Positions 12,917-25,406 of a stretch of DNA of 64,000 bases are shown piece after piece. The DNA comes from Phoronis australis (lineage: Eukaryota; Animalia; Phoronida): contig NMRA01000531.1 of NCBI GenBank assembly GCA_002633005.1, positions 2,437 to 66,436 on the forward strand, in the 5' to 3' direction. A program made the position numbers and the translations under genes. Position 1 is the stretch's first letter; the number at the start of each line of letters is the position of its first letter. The notes under the pieces were generated by a model. The model ran no database searches and was not told where the DNA came from. It saw only the letters and a list, made by a program, of their open reading frames with translations.

Positions 12917-13455
12917 TAGACACTTATCTTGCGTTCTCACCAAATTATAGTAGAAAATGCCAAACATAATTTCGAATTCCATTTTGAGTGAAAAGATTGG
13001 AGCCCGGGCCCAGGAAGGAGGCACTTACTGCAATAAAACTGATCTCAGTTTGATGCGTACTCAGATGAGATGCGATTTATGTGTTAGCAAGTAACTGACG
13101 GTGATTCCTTTGGACGATACACCGTGCATAATATGACACGCCGTTACAAGCAGTCTTGTGGACCCTAGTCTACTGTCAGCTCTTTCAAAGCCCTGAAACC
13201 ACATCCATTTTGACTAATGAACAATAGCGGAGTTGCAACCGAATCGATTTAACGATTGCGCATGTCCGGAAATTAGGGTGCGCAAAAGCTACTGGGATTG
13301 TTGATGGTAAACGGGATGGCCGACTGGTTTGCACGACGTGTAATTTGTGTGCATTAAACTACGCTGTTGTATGTAATTCTGCCGCTATTCGCCCTAATTA
13401 GCGCCCATGGCTCAACAAGTGCCCCAACGCGTTTTCAGACTTTGCTAAAGTAAGC

Positions 13456-14244
13456 NNNNNNNNNNNNNNNNNNNNNNNNNNNNNNNNNNNNNNNNNNNNN
13501 NNNNNNNNNNNNNNNNNNNNNNNNNNNNNNNNNNNNNNNNNNNNNNNNNNNNNNNNNNNNNNNNNNNNNNNNNNNNNNNNNNNNNNNNNNNNNNNNNNNN
13601 NNNNNNNNNNNNNNNNNNNNNNNNNNNNNNNNNNNNNNNNNNNNNNNNNNNNNNNNNNNNNNNNNNNNNNNNNNNNNNNNNNNNNNNNNNNNNNNNNNNN
13701 NNNNNNNNNNNNNNNNNNNNNNNNNNNNNNNNNNNNNNNNNNNNNNNNNNNNNNNNNNNNNNNNNNNNNNNNNNNNNNNNNNNNNNNNNNNNNNNNNNNN
13801 NNNNNNNNNNNNNNNNNNNNNNNNNNNNNNNNNNNNNNNNNNNNNNNNNNNNNNNNNNNNNNNNNNNNNNNNNNNNNNNNNNNNNNNNNNNNNNNNNNNN
13901 NNNNNNNNNNNNNNNNNNNNNNNNNNNNNNNNNNNNNNNNNNNNNNNNNNNNNNNNNNNNNNNNNNNNNNNNNNNNNNNNNNNNNNNNNNNNNNNNNNNN
14001 NNNNNNNNNNNNNNNNNNNNNNNNNNNNNNNNNNNNNNNNNNNNNNNNNNNNNNNNNNNNNNNNNNNNNNNNNNNNNNNNNNNNNNNNNNNNNNNNNNNN
14101 NNNNNNNNNNNNNNNNNNNNNNNNNNNNNNNNNNNNNNNNNNNNNNNNNNNNNNNNNNNNNNNNNNNNNNNNNNNNNNNNNNNNNNNNNNNNNNNNNNNN
14201 NNNNNNNNNNNNNNNNNNNNNNNNNNNNNNNNNNNNNNNNNNNN
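13456..14244. other. Assembly gap (789 N)
   Basis: Run of N. Confidence 1.
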
Positions 14245-14821
14245 CTAAACGACGTTCCTGGTGGAATCGATGAGTGTTTTTGTACTGTTTGAAAACGCGT
14301 CGACAGAGACAAGAGGCGATGCTTTTCAACAGTGAATCGTACGTTCATGATATGGAAATTTGTAAAGGTGACGATGAAAAAATAAGTGCTCGAGGAGCCA
14401 GCGAAAATCCGAAGAACCCCTCGGCCTCGGGGCCACCTTCACCTGACAAATAACAAGGCCACTGATACGATATGTTCATGTAAAGCTGGGTATGTACCTT
14501 AAAGTCGAATTATCTGTACGATTCCATAGATTTCATGATCTTTCGAATAAAGTCAGTGAAGATCCACCGATGTTTTTATTCTGTCGTCTGCTAAATTTCG
14601 CCAAATGAAAAGTAGGTCATAGATTACAGACAACACATGCACTATAGTGTCTGACTAGGTCGACTCGATAGCACTGTTTACGCTTTTCTAATCTTGTAAC
14701 GAAATATTTTGATAAAAAAATTCAGGTTCATAGCTGCAGGTACACACTCATCTCGTCCTGGCCAAACAGTTAGCACCTGTAGGTCTAGGGCAGTGTCTAA
14801 GTAAAATTAATGTCTGGAATT

Positions 14822-15041
14822 CAGTGGCGAATCTAAGAAACCACAGGGGGGGCCAACATATGTTGCCTCGTGGAATTGGGCTAAGTGCAATTGTATGTGC
14901 ACAGGCGGCCCGAAAGTTGCAGGGGCCAGGGATGTAAACCGTTGGACCTTCTGTTCAGAAAATCTATCGGTGGACTAAAAAAACAGGAACACGATTCCGC
15001 CGCGATCTGGGGTCTGAGCCCCCCCCCCTCTTCCGCTACCA
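14822..15041. mobile_element. Degenerate short MITE (CAGTGGCG... type)
   Basis: Starts CAGTGGCGAATCTA, followed by a G-run, and ends with a C-run then TTCCGCTACCAG. No clean TSD. Confidence 0.4.
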
Positions 15042-17277
15042 GTCCAAGTTACTGAACTCAGTATTTTCGTTGTGGCAAACTTGTAAGAAGATGTTATGTT
15101 CGTAACTAAGCAAGTGAAACTTCTGGTTGCACAGAATTCTCTCCAGGTAACACATACTCTTCCTCTGAGTAAGGGGATTGGAGGGGTTCAAAAGGAAAGT
15201 TTGAAAAACTTAGGACTTGCGACGTATGTTTTAAGATGATGCAACTGTCACAATAAATGCCACCTACTATGTCTTTACCCGTCTCTTTTAGTGAAAACTA
15301 CTACACTGAGCATGGCATATTGTGTGATTAATGTTAACAGGATCTAGAAAAAATTAAAACCTTAATAAAACGGATTTTATCTCAATTCAGGTCAATTTAA
15401 ACTTAAGTCTTACTAATACTATTTCAGCACAACTCCAATTAGTTTTAAACTTAATCGCGTTTACTTTAAAATGACCGCCTTAGTGACTGACAGCTGTCTC
15501 ATGTATTATGGGCACATTAAAATGCCGCCATATGTAATGAGGATTCCGCGGATAGAGAATAAGACAAACACAAACACTTCCGAAAGTTACGAAATATTTA
15601 TATTTTAGTGAAACCTTGACAATGACGAAATTCACCCTGTGTTCTAAATAAGTGAATGAGTTAAGACGTTTTACAAAATCGAGTAGAACTATCTTCATCA
15701 CTCAGTGTGTAACGCTGTATCAGTTTTTAAGACACCTGTGCCGTCTGTTTTCGTCAAATACATTTTAATCTGGCTCATCAACATTGATTGCAATGTGGCT
15801 GTTTCGCTAAAACTTCGTGACATTGTCTTTTGTTGAGCCCGAAATACGCAATTTTAGGATTATTGTTGATAGTTGGTATTTTTTTTTAGTTATTAGTTTT
15901 CGCCAAAGTTCGTCGTTTCTGTGGTTTTACTTCAAATCGTTGTCGGTCTACCAGCCATTCGTTAAGGCTGGTGACTTTATCAGTTGAAAACAGTTAAAAT
16001 ACCCTGCGGTCTGTTGAGTGGGATTCATCTCACCCAGCAGAGCGTTTGGCTGCGACACCAGAGTTTCGGGTTCTTCTGCGTTCACAGTCATACAGTTTAA
16101 ATGTTCAGTCTGATCTTCTGGGCACAATCTGCCGTCCATCGGAGTGACGCTGTCGAACCTCACAGTTTTTCCTTCCGAAGCGGAGGACCCGGCGTTTTCT
16201 ACACCTGAGCAACCACAGGACGAGCACCACACCGTCGAGTATCCGTTTGCATCGCCATGATGGGTAGAATACATGCATGTCTGGCTACCTTCTGCCAGAT
16301 GAGTGATCCAGGCAGGAAGGTGCGCATGCTGGCCTAACCCAACATTCTCCGTCTTCGTGACAGCTCATGGGTTTATTTCGTAGAGTCGTTTTCCTAGACT
16401 GGTTGCCTTCCATGGCTGACGGGCCTAGACTACCCATTCAGTTGTCCTCGTAAACAATTTGTCGCCCACTAGGAGCAATGTTCTTACAGGATACCCAGAA
16501 AACAGTTTCGGGTTCGATTCTGCTCTGGAACTGATATCAGAAAATGAGTTTTCTCGCCTATAATGTCCTTGACTTTCGTAAAAATGAGCAAATGATGGTG
16601 TTATAGTAAACCAGGTTTTGCTCTTAAACGAGAAGATAGTAGTTTTTAGTGTCATTTTGGTTAAATTGCGGTTTATTTCGTAACTACAGATAATTTTTTA
16701 AGTAATGCAATTTCCTGGCACTAAATAATTATGCACACGTTCTCTCCAAAAGTGACGTTCGCGAGCAAAATCATTCTCTGCCAGGTTTGTTTGAGCGACA
16801 CTCACTGTGAAGATCCGCCGATTGTATTCTTATTCCAATTATATGTCTTCGACGGATTTTCTCCGAGATAGAACTAGAATTTATCCATTGATTGATCTGC
16901 AGCATTGGAAAATCCGAAATTAATAATTACAGCATTTATCTCCAAGGAACTTGAAATTCAAATTCTGTCCATATTAAAAGTGTTGACGACAAGAATCAAA
17001 AATGTTTAATCAAAATGGCTTGGACAAAGAAATAAAAACATTTTGTGTCACTTACTTGGCAAAAAAGAGCAACCTCGAAGCCATCATTGCGCGGGAGGTG
17101 GTTCGAATTTCTAGAACGGTGGACCTTGGATATTTTGCAAGCGCTGACACTGAGTTTTTGGTTGTATTTTTGCGTTTCTCTACTCCGAAAATTCACTTCT
17201 TCGAAGGTCCACTAATTCCGGGGGTTCACTACTCCAAAAATATATGAAATGTCGGTCTCCAGGTGTAATTTTTGTAC

Positions 17278-17830
17278 TCTAGACCTGCTTTTCCTTAATA
17301 ATGTTAACGTACTCGTCGAGGTTTCTCAATGTAAGAAAACACGGTAGTTAAATGTCTGGATTTTGAGCAACGACGGAGGACTGCCTATAGTGAACTTACC
17401 CTTGGCGTGTAACGGAAACGCGGACACGTGTATACGCATGCTTGTAAATCCACCAATCCACACTCAAAGCAGACACTAGATGAACGACATATTTGACGAT
17501 CACTTTCAATTCGAAATTTGAAAATGCCTGCACTTTATCGTACTTTGCTAGCAAGGATACCAAAATGGCAGATAACAAACCTATTTTGGCTGTTAGCATT
17601 TATTTATTTCATTCCCACAGTAGGCCGACACAAGTTTCAGAACTAGCGTAAAACGTGATGTCAACTGCACTGCTTTTTGGCCGGGTACGGCCCTATGATT
17701 ACGTGAAGGGCTTGGAATCAGAAGCTAATTCAAAATCGTTACTAACGTAGTTATAATTGCAGTTAGCAGTAGCAGTAGCTGCAACAATTTTGTTGTTGTC
17801 CATCTATATCCTATCATTAGTGAATAGGCT
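17278..17830. repeat. Diverged direct duplication, copy 1 (partner ~19467-20158)
   Basis: Colinear matching blocks include TAGTTAAATGTCTGG(A/T)TTTTGAGCAACGAC, CACTTTCAATTC(G/C)AAATTTGAAAA, GATTACGTGAAG(G/C)GCTTGGAATCAGAAGC and GCAACAATTTTGTTGTTGTCCATCT. Confidence 0.9.
17747..17817 (-). CDS. Candidate exon encoding a signal-peptide/TM-like segment (MIGYRWTTTKLLQLLLLLTAIIT), copy 1
   Basis: Open frame ending at a GTTAGT donor. The paralogous copy keeps the same frame and donor position. Confidence 0.35.
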
Positions 17831-19466
17831 GGAGGTTGACCGTTTCTGGGAGGGGTTCGATTGAGCCCGGCTCCGAAATGGCTTCGGGCCAAACAGTCAA
17901 TACATGATCCGAGCAGCTCGGGGAAAAACAAAACGAAGATCGCGAAAGTTCTGACCACGTATGAGTCTCATTTTGTAAACAGTGACGCGACGTGGCACTG
18001 AGGATTAAGTTTTCTCTGGGGCTCAATATTATGTTGAAACTCTTGTGATCATTATGTGCTTAGCAAAATTCCTGATAAGTAAAGCAAGCTTAACAAATAT
18101 CCGCTTTATAGCTATCAGTTGTCATATCCAAGAAAAGGTGAGTCATTAGCCTTCAATTTCTCAAATACGATTTATTGTAAATAATCTCAGTGGATGGTTT
18201 CCACCCCGTAGTTGATGTCAGTGATTAGTAAAGTTGGCGAGAAACCAAAAATATTCGCTCGCTAGCATGAGGCTGTTTCGGAATGCAGAAACCGGATATT
18301 CTCGCGTCGGGGGCTATGTCTTCCCCGCAAGTAGTCACTTTTTCAACGAAAAATACGGGCGAGGCATCGGATAATTTTTATTGGTAAAAAGCAAAAAATA
18401 ATTATCTTAGATCTGTGTTAGCACGTCGAATAAATCCTTGGAATTTTTCACTCAAGACTTCAGTGGTTGGAAAATGCTAGTTCAAGTCGGTACTAAAATA
18501 CTTTGGATTTCATGCGCATGCGAAATTGCCCGCATGTCTTACGAAGACGAAAAAATGAGAACGTTATTGCATTATAAAAATAAAGAGAGGGAATATTGAT
18601 AAACTATAAAACACGATACATTCATCAAATCCATGTCAAGGTCGCATCATTTCACAGCGCGACTGAAAAGCTTAGGGCTGCTGCGCCTGAACCTCACCCA
18701 TCGGAACCACGCACACGGCCGGGTCGAAATTAAATGTAGTTAGCATGTTACCCTTTCCCTGCCAGTCGTCACGAAGTCAGAGAGCCCCATTTAGTCTTCT
18801 TTAATTTAAAACCGTTGGTCGCCGCAATCCTGGCGCGTGCCCCAGATGTACATGCTTGAGGATGAGTCGTTAGTGAGATTCAAGAATCACTATTGGCAGT
18901 GATTGAAACTGAGCTCATTTGTAAACAATGAAATCTATGTATTAAGAACTAACATTTGCGCACTCTTAAATTGTTACTGAATGGACACAAATACAATACT
19001 TTATTCACGTCTGTTAAAACGACTCATTAGCAGACAATCAGAGTAATGAACTGTGTGTCGACAGTGGTTTGAGGTCGGGATCCTGTTCGAATCCCGGCTT
19101 CACTGGCTGACAATCGATTATTGCACAAAGGTGTCTCCTACTCCTCTGAGCTCCGTCTTCGTAGCGAATGTTTGCATGGGTGTGAATTAGAACTTGGATT
19201 TAATGCAAAAGAGACTCCTGGGGCTGTGTTTATATTTAAGAAATAAAAATAACTGTCGGAGTTCTGGTTTTGGAGTTGCGGACATTCGAAGTAGAGAACT
19301 TTGGAAAGTGGCGAACCTTCGGAGTAGCGAACCTTCGGAATAGTGACATTTAACCTTGGAAATCTTTTCCACCAAGTTGGTTGTCCGTGTGAAGTCTGTG
19401 AGGCTGTGCACCATTGACACTAATGACAAGAGAAGTCTATCTTCATTGTCCAAAGTTTTTATTGGG

Positions 19467-20158
19467 TCTAGACCTATTATTCCCCAAAAATATGATCATG
19501 CTCGTAGGTGTTTCCTCAATGCAAGAAAACATGGTTATAGTTAAATGTCTGGTTTTTGAGCAACGACAGAGGGCTGCCTATCATGAACATACCGTTAGCT
19601 TCAACTGTATCAAAAGTACGGAAACGCAAACACGTGTACACGCATGCATGTCAATCCACAAATCCATAACGAAGTGGACATTGGATAAAAAACATTCCTG
19701 TATTTGACGAACACTTTCAATTCCAAATTTGAAAACTCCTGCCCTTTACCGTACTATGCTAGCAAGCAATATCAGATAACGAACCTATTTTATGTTGTTC
19801 TGTTTCTTGGTCGATTTTAAGGCATTCACACCGCACTGTGACTTTTTGGGAGCTCTCTCGCTGCTAAATAGCTTAGCTAGGTATAGACATTTATTTCTAG
19901 ACTCTCTTGTTACACTACGGACCACCACCGTGCGTTCAGTGCCGATGAGTAACATAAAGCCTCCTCTAATCGTCTGTCATCTACTCAACTGCTACTTGGG
20001 CGTAGTTGGCCGGGAACGGCCCTACGATTACGTGAAGCGCTTGGAATCAGAAGCAAATTCAGAATTATTACTTACTCAGTTATCACTGTAGTTAGTAGTA
20101 CCAGTTGCAACAATTTTGTTGTTGTCCATCTGTATCCTATCTTTAACGGATAGGCTGG
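19467..20158. repeat. Diverged direct duplication, copy 2 (partner ~17278-17830)
   Basis: Same blocks as copy 1, with a divergent and longer middle section (~19795-20005). Confidence 0.9.
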
Positions 20159-20209
20159 CGCTGAACCTTTTCTTCGGAGGGGCCCCTGGCTACGGGATTC
20201 CGCAGACAT
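20076..20209 (-). CDS. Candidate first coding exon (MSAESRSQGPLRRKGSAPAYPLKIGYRWTTTKLLQLVLLTTVIT), copy 2
   Basis: ATG-initiated open frame with a basic N-terminus, a hydrophobic stretch and a consensus GTAAGT donor. Several differences from copy 1 are synonymous (TAT/TAC, CAG/CAA, CTA/CTG). Confidence 0.4.
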
Positions 20210-22081
20210 GACAAACATATGAGTAAAATTAAGAAAAGGGTATAAAAGAACTCTTCAGGACATTTCTCAAATTTCATTGCATGTGACTGTGTTTCGACGG
20301 GTGAACAAACTAGGAATTTTGGATGCCCACCTTTATAGTCGGAAAGATGAAAGCCTACCTCTTAGAGAATAAGAACGATTATAAGGCACCCATTTTTGAG
20401 ACCTGTGAACAATTCATCGTTTTCTATAGATTTTTTTACTGCGTACTCCCTTTTTATAAAAATGTTTATTTACTGAATCAAAATTAAAAACGGCGGATTA
20501 TGTTATTTTGTGAAACCCTTTTGAAGGTTTTTATACAAAAATAGACTCAAAAATTGAACCCTTTCTTAGGGACTTTAAAATCGGAAAAGTCAGCCTTTTG
20601 TAGGTTGGTTTGGTGCGTTCTGTCCTGTATAGTTCATCTTTGTCAACATCCGATGGAGTCTATTAAAAACATTTGATGTTAATCCTCAAAAGACATTGAC
20701 TGCTAGTAAATAGCGTGATTAGTCACCGATTTTTCCAGCGGCTCAGTTGCTGAACTGAAATAAAAGAGAGCGAACGGAGAGCAGCATCATTATCAACCCC
20801 AAAAACGTGTTCTTCCCAATTGTTTGCTCATTTTAATTTTCTAAAACTGAGATGAGCATGGTTGCTTTGTACTTGACTTTGGGATTGGTGCTCCAGTTCG
20901 AAATGTTTATCTTTTTATCAGGGATTTTCATGAGACACGATCGAGTTCTTACAATAAATCGGACGTTTCTACCGTCAATGACAACAACCTTGATTCTAAT
21001 AACGTAGATGCGTGAATAGGCGCATGTGTTAGCGTAGATCGTGTCTTTGTTTTGTTGCAAACAAGCATGTTTTCATTGATGGACTTAACTTGAGAAATAA
21101 CAAATTTGCGTTAATTCGTCTTAGCTTAATGGATCAAACGTACAATAGATGTCGAATTAGATAAGTGCATTTTTTAATTTTTACTATTAATATTATTATT
21201 CATCTTACTGTAAAGTCTTCATGTTCTCATTCATGCACTATTTTCTATCATCACTTATCATCTTATTGTAGTTTCTGTTTTTCTCGTTGAAATTCTTGAA
21301 TCCTTGCAAGACTGTTGAAAGATAGAGTGGTAGTCACATATTGACATGTTCTTTGGTCGTCCAGCAATCTCTTTCATGTGTAAACGGAGTCTTACAGGCT
21401 GTTATATCTATCTTTTCAGATCGCTGCTTGAGTACTAAAGACATCTGCTGTTTGTGGGGATGCCCTTGTGGCCGGCCGCCAACGAACACTTCACAGTTAA
21501 CTCTAAGAGCGCCATGTTAATTTTGGAATGAGCAAATCCAAACTTCAGTGCTGAGGATAATTTGTCAACGGATTATTTTTGAAAAGTATTAATTCTGTGA
21601 AGTGTAAAATATCGAGTGTTCGTCGGCGTAACAGCACATTTATCCCTGCATTGGAGTGTGAGGATTTCATAGGAGTGAAAGTCAAATGTAGTAGAACTGA
21701 ACACGCAGGCAAAAGATTGAAAACATAAATAGACGATACCATTTATTGTGTGTCCAATTTAGCCTTTCTACAACAGAAATGGTCAAGTTGAAATTACTTT
21801 AGGGATTTGTTTTAAACCCACCATTCAAAAAGGAATGTTACAGCCATCAAGGACACCACTTTTATATTCGTGATATTAGTCTCAAATAAAGTGTACCCAC
21901 GTTTTCTGCATACACATTGTAACATTTCAGTTGATCAAACCTACCGGTACAATTATTACTACGTGCATGGTGACAATTATTTATGTTTACTGTGGTGCCT
22001 TGATGTATACATTTTAGATTGATTTTGTGACGATCACTGTTATATTGAAACATGTCCTCTTCATCAGTAAGACATAATCGG

Positions 22082-22848
22082 CAGTGCTGTAGTGGTAAAA
22101 TAAGAGGTAATTAGGCGCCCGGGCCAAAGCCCACCGTATTACCTAGAGCACTGAACATAACTTACGGTGCGTAGGCGCTACGTTCAAATGCCAGAAGGTA
22201 TGGTGGGCCGTTGAGGGGAAAGTGTCGCCGTAAAATTACGCTCGTAATTACGAGCGTAAATTAAATTGCAGGAGTGTCGCCGTACAATTACGCTCGTAAA
22301 TTAAATGGGGAAAAGTTTCGCCGTAAAATTACGCTCGAAATTACGAGCGTAAGTTAAATTGCAAAAGTGTTGCAGTAAAATTACGCCCGTAAATTAAATG
22401 GGGGAAATGTCGCCGTAAATTACGCTCGTAAAATACCTTAAGAACGTTCCAAGTTTAAACCAATCAGTGATGACCTAACATATCCGACTGTTGCTGGGCA
22501 GCTCGTTCTTGCACAATCGCTGACATGGTAGCAGCAATTTGATCCGCCATGATTCAGCGCTCGTATCGTAGACAGTCCGTCAGTAAATAAGAATGTTTAT
22601 GAGCGCGCGCGATCGTGGATTGTAAAACCCAACGTCATTGGCTAAGAGTTTAAACTAAATTACGAGCGTAATTTTACGCCGTAAAGAATTAAATTACGCT
22701 CGTAATTTTACGGCGTAATTAACGGCGTAAAAAAACGGCATAATGTACACAATTACGCTCGTATTTTTCCGGCGACACTTTCCCCCCAACGGCCCATCAT
22801 AAGAAGGTGGTTGGCTGCGCCTACGGTCGCCTACGCCCCACAGCACTG
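22082..22848. mobile_element. hAT-type MITE hosting a nested element
   Basis: Termini CAGTGCTGT...ACAGCACTG. 8-bp TSD ATAATCGG (22074-22081) / ATAATCAG (22849-22856) with one mismatch. Confidence 0.8.
22199..22801. mobile_element. IS3EU-like non-autonomous DNA transposon (603 bp)
   Basis: 32-bp TIRs TATG(G/A)TGGGCCGTTG(A/G)GGGGAAAGTGTCGCCG and a perfect 6-bp TSD AGAAGG (22193-22198, 22802-22807). Many AATTACGCTCGTAA subterminal repeats. TAY termini with a 6-bp TSD match IS3EU. Confidence 0.8.
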
Positions 22849-22862
22849 ATAATCAGCCAAAT

Positions 22863-22914
22863 GAGCCCCAGCGCGGACTTGAACTTGTAAACTCCGCGTT
22901 CACAGTCTAACGCT
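22863..22914 (-). mobile_element. 3' part of a tRNA-derived (SINE-head-like) sequence split by the 22920-26137 insertion
   Basis: The rejoined minus-strand sequence reads TTACTCGGCTAGCATAGCGTTAGACTGTGAACGCGGAGTTTACAAGTTCAAGTCCGCG, with A-box-like, anticodon-arm-like and B-box-like parts. The 5' part lies at ~26143-26158. Confidence 0.5.
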
Positions 22915-23741
22915 ATGCTCACCCCGGCCAACCCGCGATCGAGAACGACCGGAAAGCGATCGAGAACGAAACCGGTTGCGAGAATTAGCGAAGCCAGGCA
23001 AGGTGAGTAAATTTGATGAATTTACGTTCTTTTTACTTCCAATGTGAAAACAGAGACATGAGTTCAAGGCGTAACACATTGAGGAAGGACAGGTAGAGGT
23101 TTGGGCTGGTGTCTGTTCCAATTATTGGAGATACGTTACGTTGAACGAGGCATCGCTTGAGTCAAAGGTGATTCGTATGTCATTTTGGAAAATTGCGGTT
23201 ATTTTTGGCACTAAATCAATAAATTGACCATTAAGTTATGACGAAGTGACTTGTGAAAATATAACACAACGCTTGTTTTTCGTAGTTTTCTTTTGAAAGA
23301 TGCGATCGAGAACGCAAAGATAAGCGATCGGAAACGCAAATTTTTGTTTGTTTATGCGATCGAGAACGCATCGTGGTGTGCCGATCAGTTTTGAACTTTT
23401 TACTTATAAAACGTGAAAAGGGTTACAAAATAAGTGTGGTGCAATGAATTAATCACATTTTGAGTCATTACTGTTACTTTCGTTTCCAAACTAAACAATA
23501 TCATAGCATTACCATTAAATTAAAATGAGCGACTACATGTACATCAAGCCCTATTTTAATTATAGATATTTTCACAAATGAATTTATTTTCATTTCAGGA
23601 AACACGTTCACTGTTATAATCGTGAGGCGAGCTTCAACGAACAGATTAATCAGGGCGTGAAAGTACATCCTACAAGGGTTTTGAAATACAGACATAAACT
23701 TTTAGACGAAACCAAGTGGAACAAGGGATTCTAAACTAAGN

Positions 23742-24043
23742 GGGGGGGGGGGGGTGCCAAGGGGGCCATGCCCCCCAAAATTCTCCCAAATACCATTTGG
23801 CAGTCCGGGGTGCGAATTGCCGACTAGCATATGCACGCACCCAAGTGGGCGCGAGGGGTTAATGCGCGATTCATAGGCCTTGAACAAACCCCGTGTACCT
23901 TTTTTAGTAATAAGGTCCACAAACCCAAAAATTCGAGGAAAGTGCATCCCTACATTTTAGGCTGGGCGCGCGCATGTGGCAAAATTCTGACTATTCCTGC
24001 GCCCTGCCCCTCCCCCTAACTCAAAATCCTGGATCGGCCCCTG
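23742..24043. mobile_element. GC-rich MITE nested in the 22920-26137 element; left end lost at an N join
   Basis: G-run, then GCCAAGGGGGCCATGCCCCCC, ending AAAATCCTGGATCGGCCCCTG. Its composition contrasts with the AT-rich flanks. Confidence 0.6.
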
Positions 24044-25169
24044 GAAAGCGAGTGCCGAATCTTCTTGCAAGATTGTGACAACAAAAGAAAAAAAATAAAT
24101 ACGCCAGTGAAATTAAAGAATGATGATGAGCGTGCCTGTGGGGAGCGAGAAGAGTGCGGCAACACCATTCGTGAGGTGATTCGAAGATTACCGCTCATGA
24201 ACGTCTGGGATTTAAAAAAATGCCAGAAATAGTGCTAACTGTTTTGCTGATAAAACGGGTGATATTTTATTGGATGTTTTACTGATATTATCGATACAGA
24301 GATGAAAAGATTGACTTGTGGCACTTGTGCGGCTTGGATATACAACATATGTTTGATTCTTTTGTTTTGTAGTATTGGCCCTGAGTGCATCTTCTGCAGT
24401 TCATGATCTCCAGTTTAACGTGACATTGAAAAAGAATGAGGCGAGATATAATACACCTACTATACTGTGATTTTCTCAAAAACGTAGTTAAAATGTTGTC
24501 TTTAACATCACTTCAAGACACAATGCAGTGATTACACAGGAAATCAACAACAATATTAAAGCATTTCTATAATATTATTAATCTTTTATCACACATACCA
24601 CAAAATTGGTCATACGGAAAAAGATATTAAACATTGCTTTAGGGAAATCAACATAACACATCCAGTGTACATTTCCTGCGAATTATTTTTGGAGTGTATT
24701 AGACTAAATCATCACTGAATCATAGACAATCTATTTCGGACCGGTTCATAGTATAAAATTCTCTCACATGGAATCAACAACAATATGAAAACAGTTTCTA
24801 CAGTTATGGCAGACATATAGTTTTCTTTTAAAATACTAATTGGTCATAACAATTGTATGTAAGAATCACCCAATGACACATAGAGTGGCCATTAAAATGT
24901 ACCCAAACACAACAAAAATGCACTGGTTCTGTTTAAGATGCTGCTGAAATAACACAAATAAGAAAAAGGTTCAAAACAAAACGTCAAAATACTATCACAT
25001 CAGACAACTACTAACCATAAACTCTGAAAATCTGAATAAAGTTTCGTGATTTAACAACTTTCACTAGTGGACTGAATAATTTTATTCATGGTGATTCTGA
25101 TTCTCATGTCTGTAGAAGGAGGCATACTCTTTGCATGGCACATTCACAAATTACAACAAGGAGTGTCCT

Positions 25170-25406
25170 CAGGCTTACTCTTTCTGTGAAACATTGATCG
25201 CAGATAGGGCACTGAAACAACTTGGTTCCTGAGCACTATGCTTCATATTGTGTTTTCTTATGCGGTAAAAAAAAATCTTGCCCTGTGCAACACTGGGCTG
25301 GTAAAGGTCTTGCTTGCAGCTAGTGAGTGACACTGTGTTTTATTGTCATGTGGTTATACAAAAAAGGTTTCTTCCTGAACGAAGCTCCACAACATAAATA
25401 CATACA
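25170..25406 (-). pseudogene. Degenerate C2H2 zinc-finger array fragment
   Basis: 25406-25335 translates as CMYLCCGASFRKKPFLYNHMTIKH (C-x4-C-x3-F-x5-L-x2-H-x4-H). Further frameshifted pieces read RKHNMKH and KLFQCPICDQCFTEKS, with stops in between. Confidence 0.65.

Larger units (their letters stand above)
11731..13011. mobile_element. PIF/Harbinger-like MITE with long imperfect TIRs, interrupted by an 873-bp insertion
   Basis: Left GGGCCCAGAATCTGATCTTTGTACTCGAAACGAACTCGAAATTATTTTTGGCAATTT pairs with right (reverse complement) GGGCCCGGGCTCCAATCTTTTCACTCAAAATGGAATTCGAAATTATGTTTGGCATTTT. CTG/CAG context at the ends. Related internal sequence recurs at ~44097-44250 and ~49125-49290. Confidence 0.7.

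Noticed and set aside
13398-14348. Two long ORFs (316 and 294 aa) in the ORF track
   Set aside because: They are read-through of the N gap.
19060-19105. B-box-like GTTCGAATCCCGG
   Set aside because: No A-box or cloverleaf can be recovered. At most it is a decayed SINE remnant.
20833-21060. 75-aa minus-strand ORF
   Set aside because: No recognisable homology or convincing splice context.
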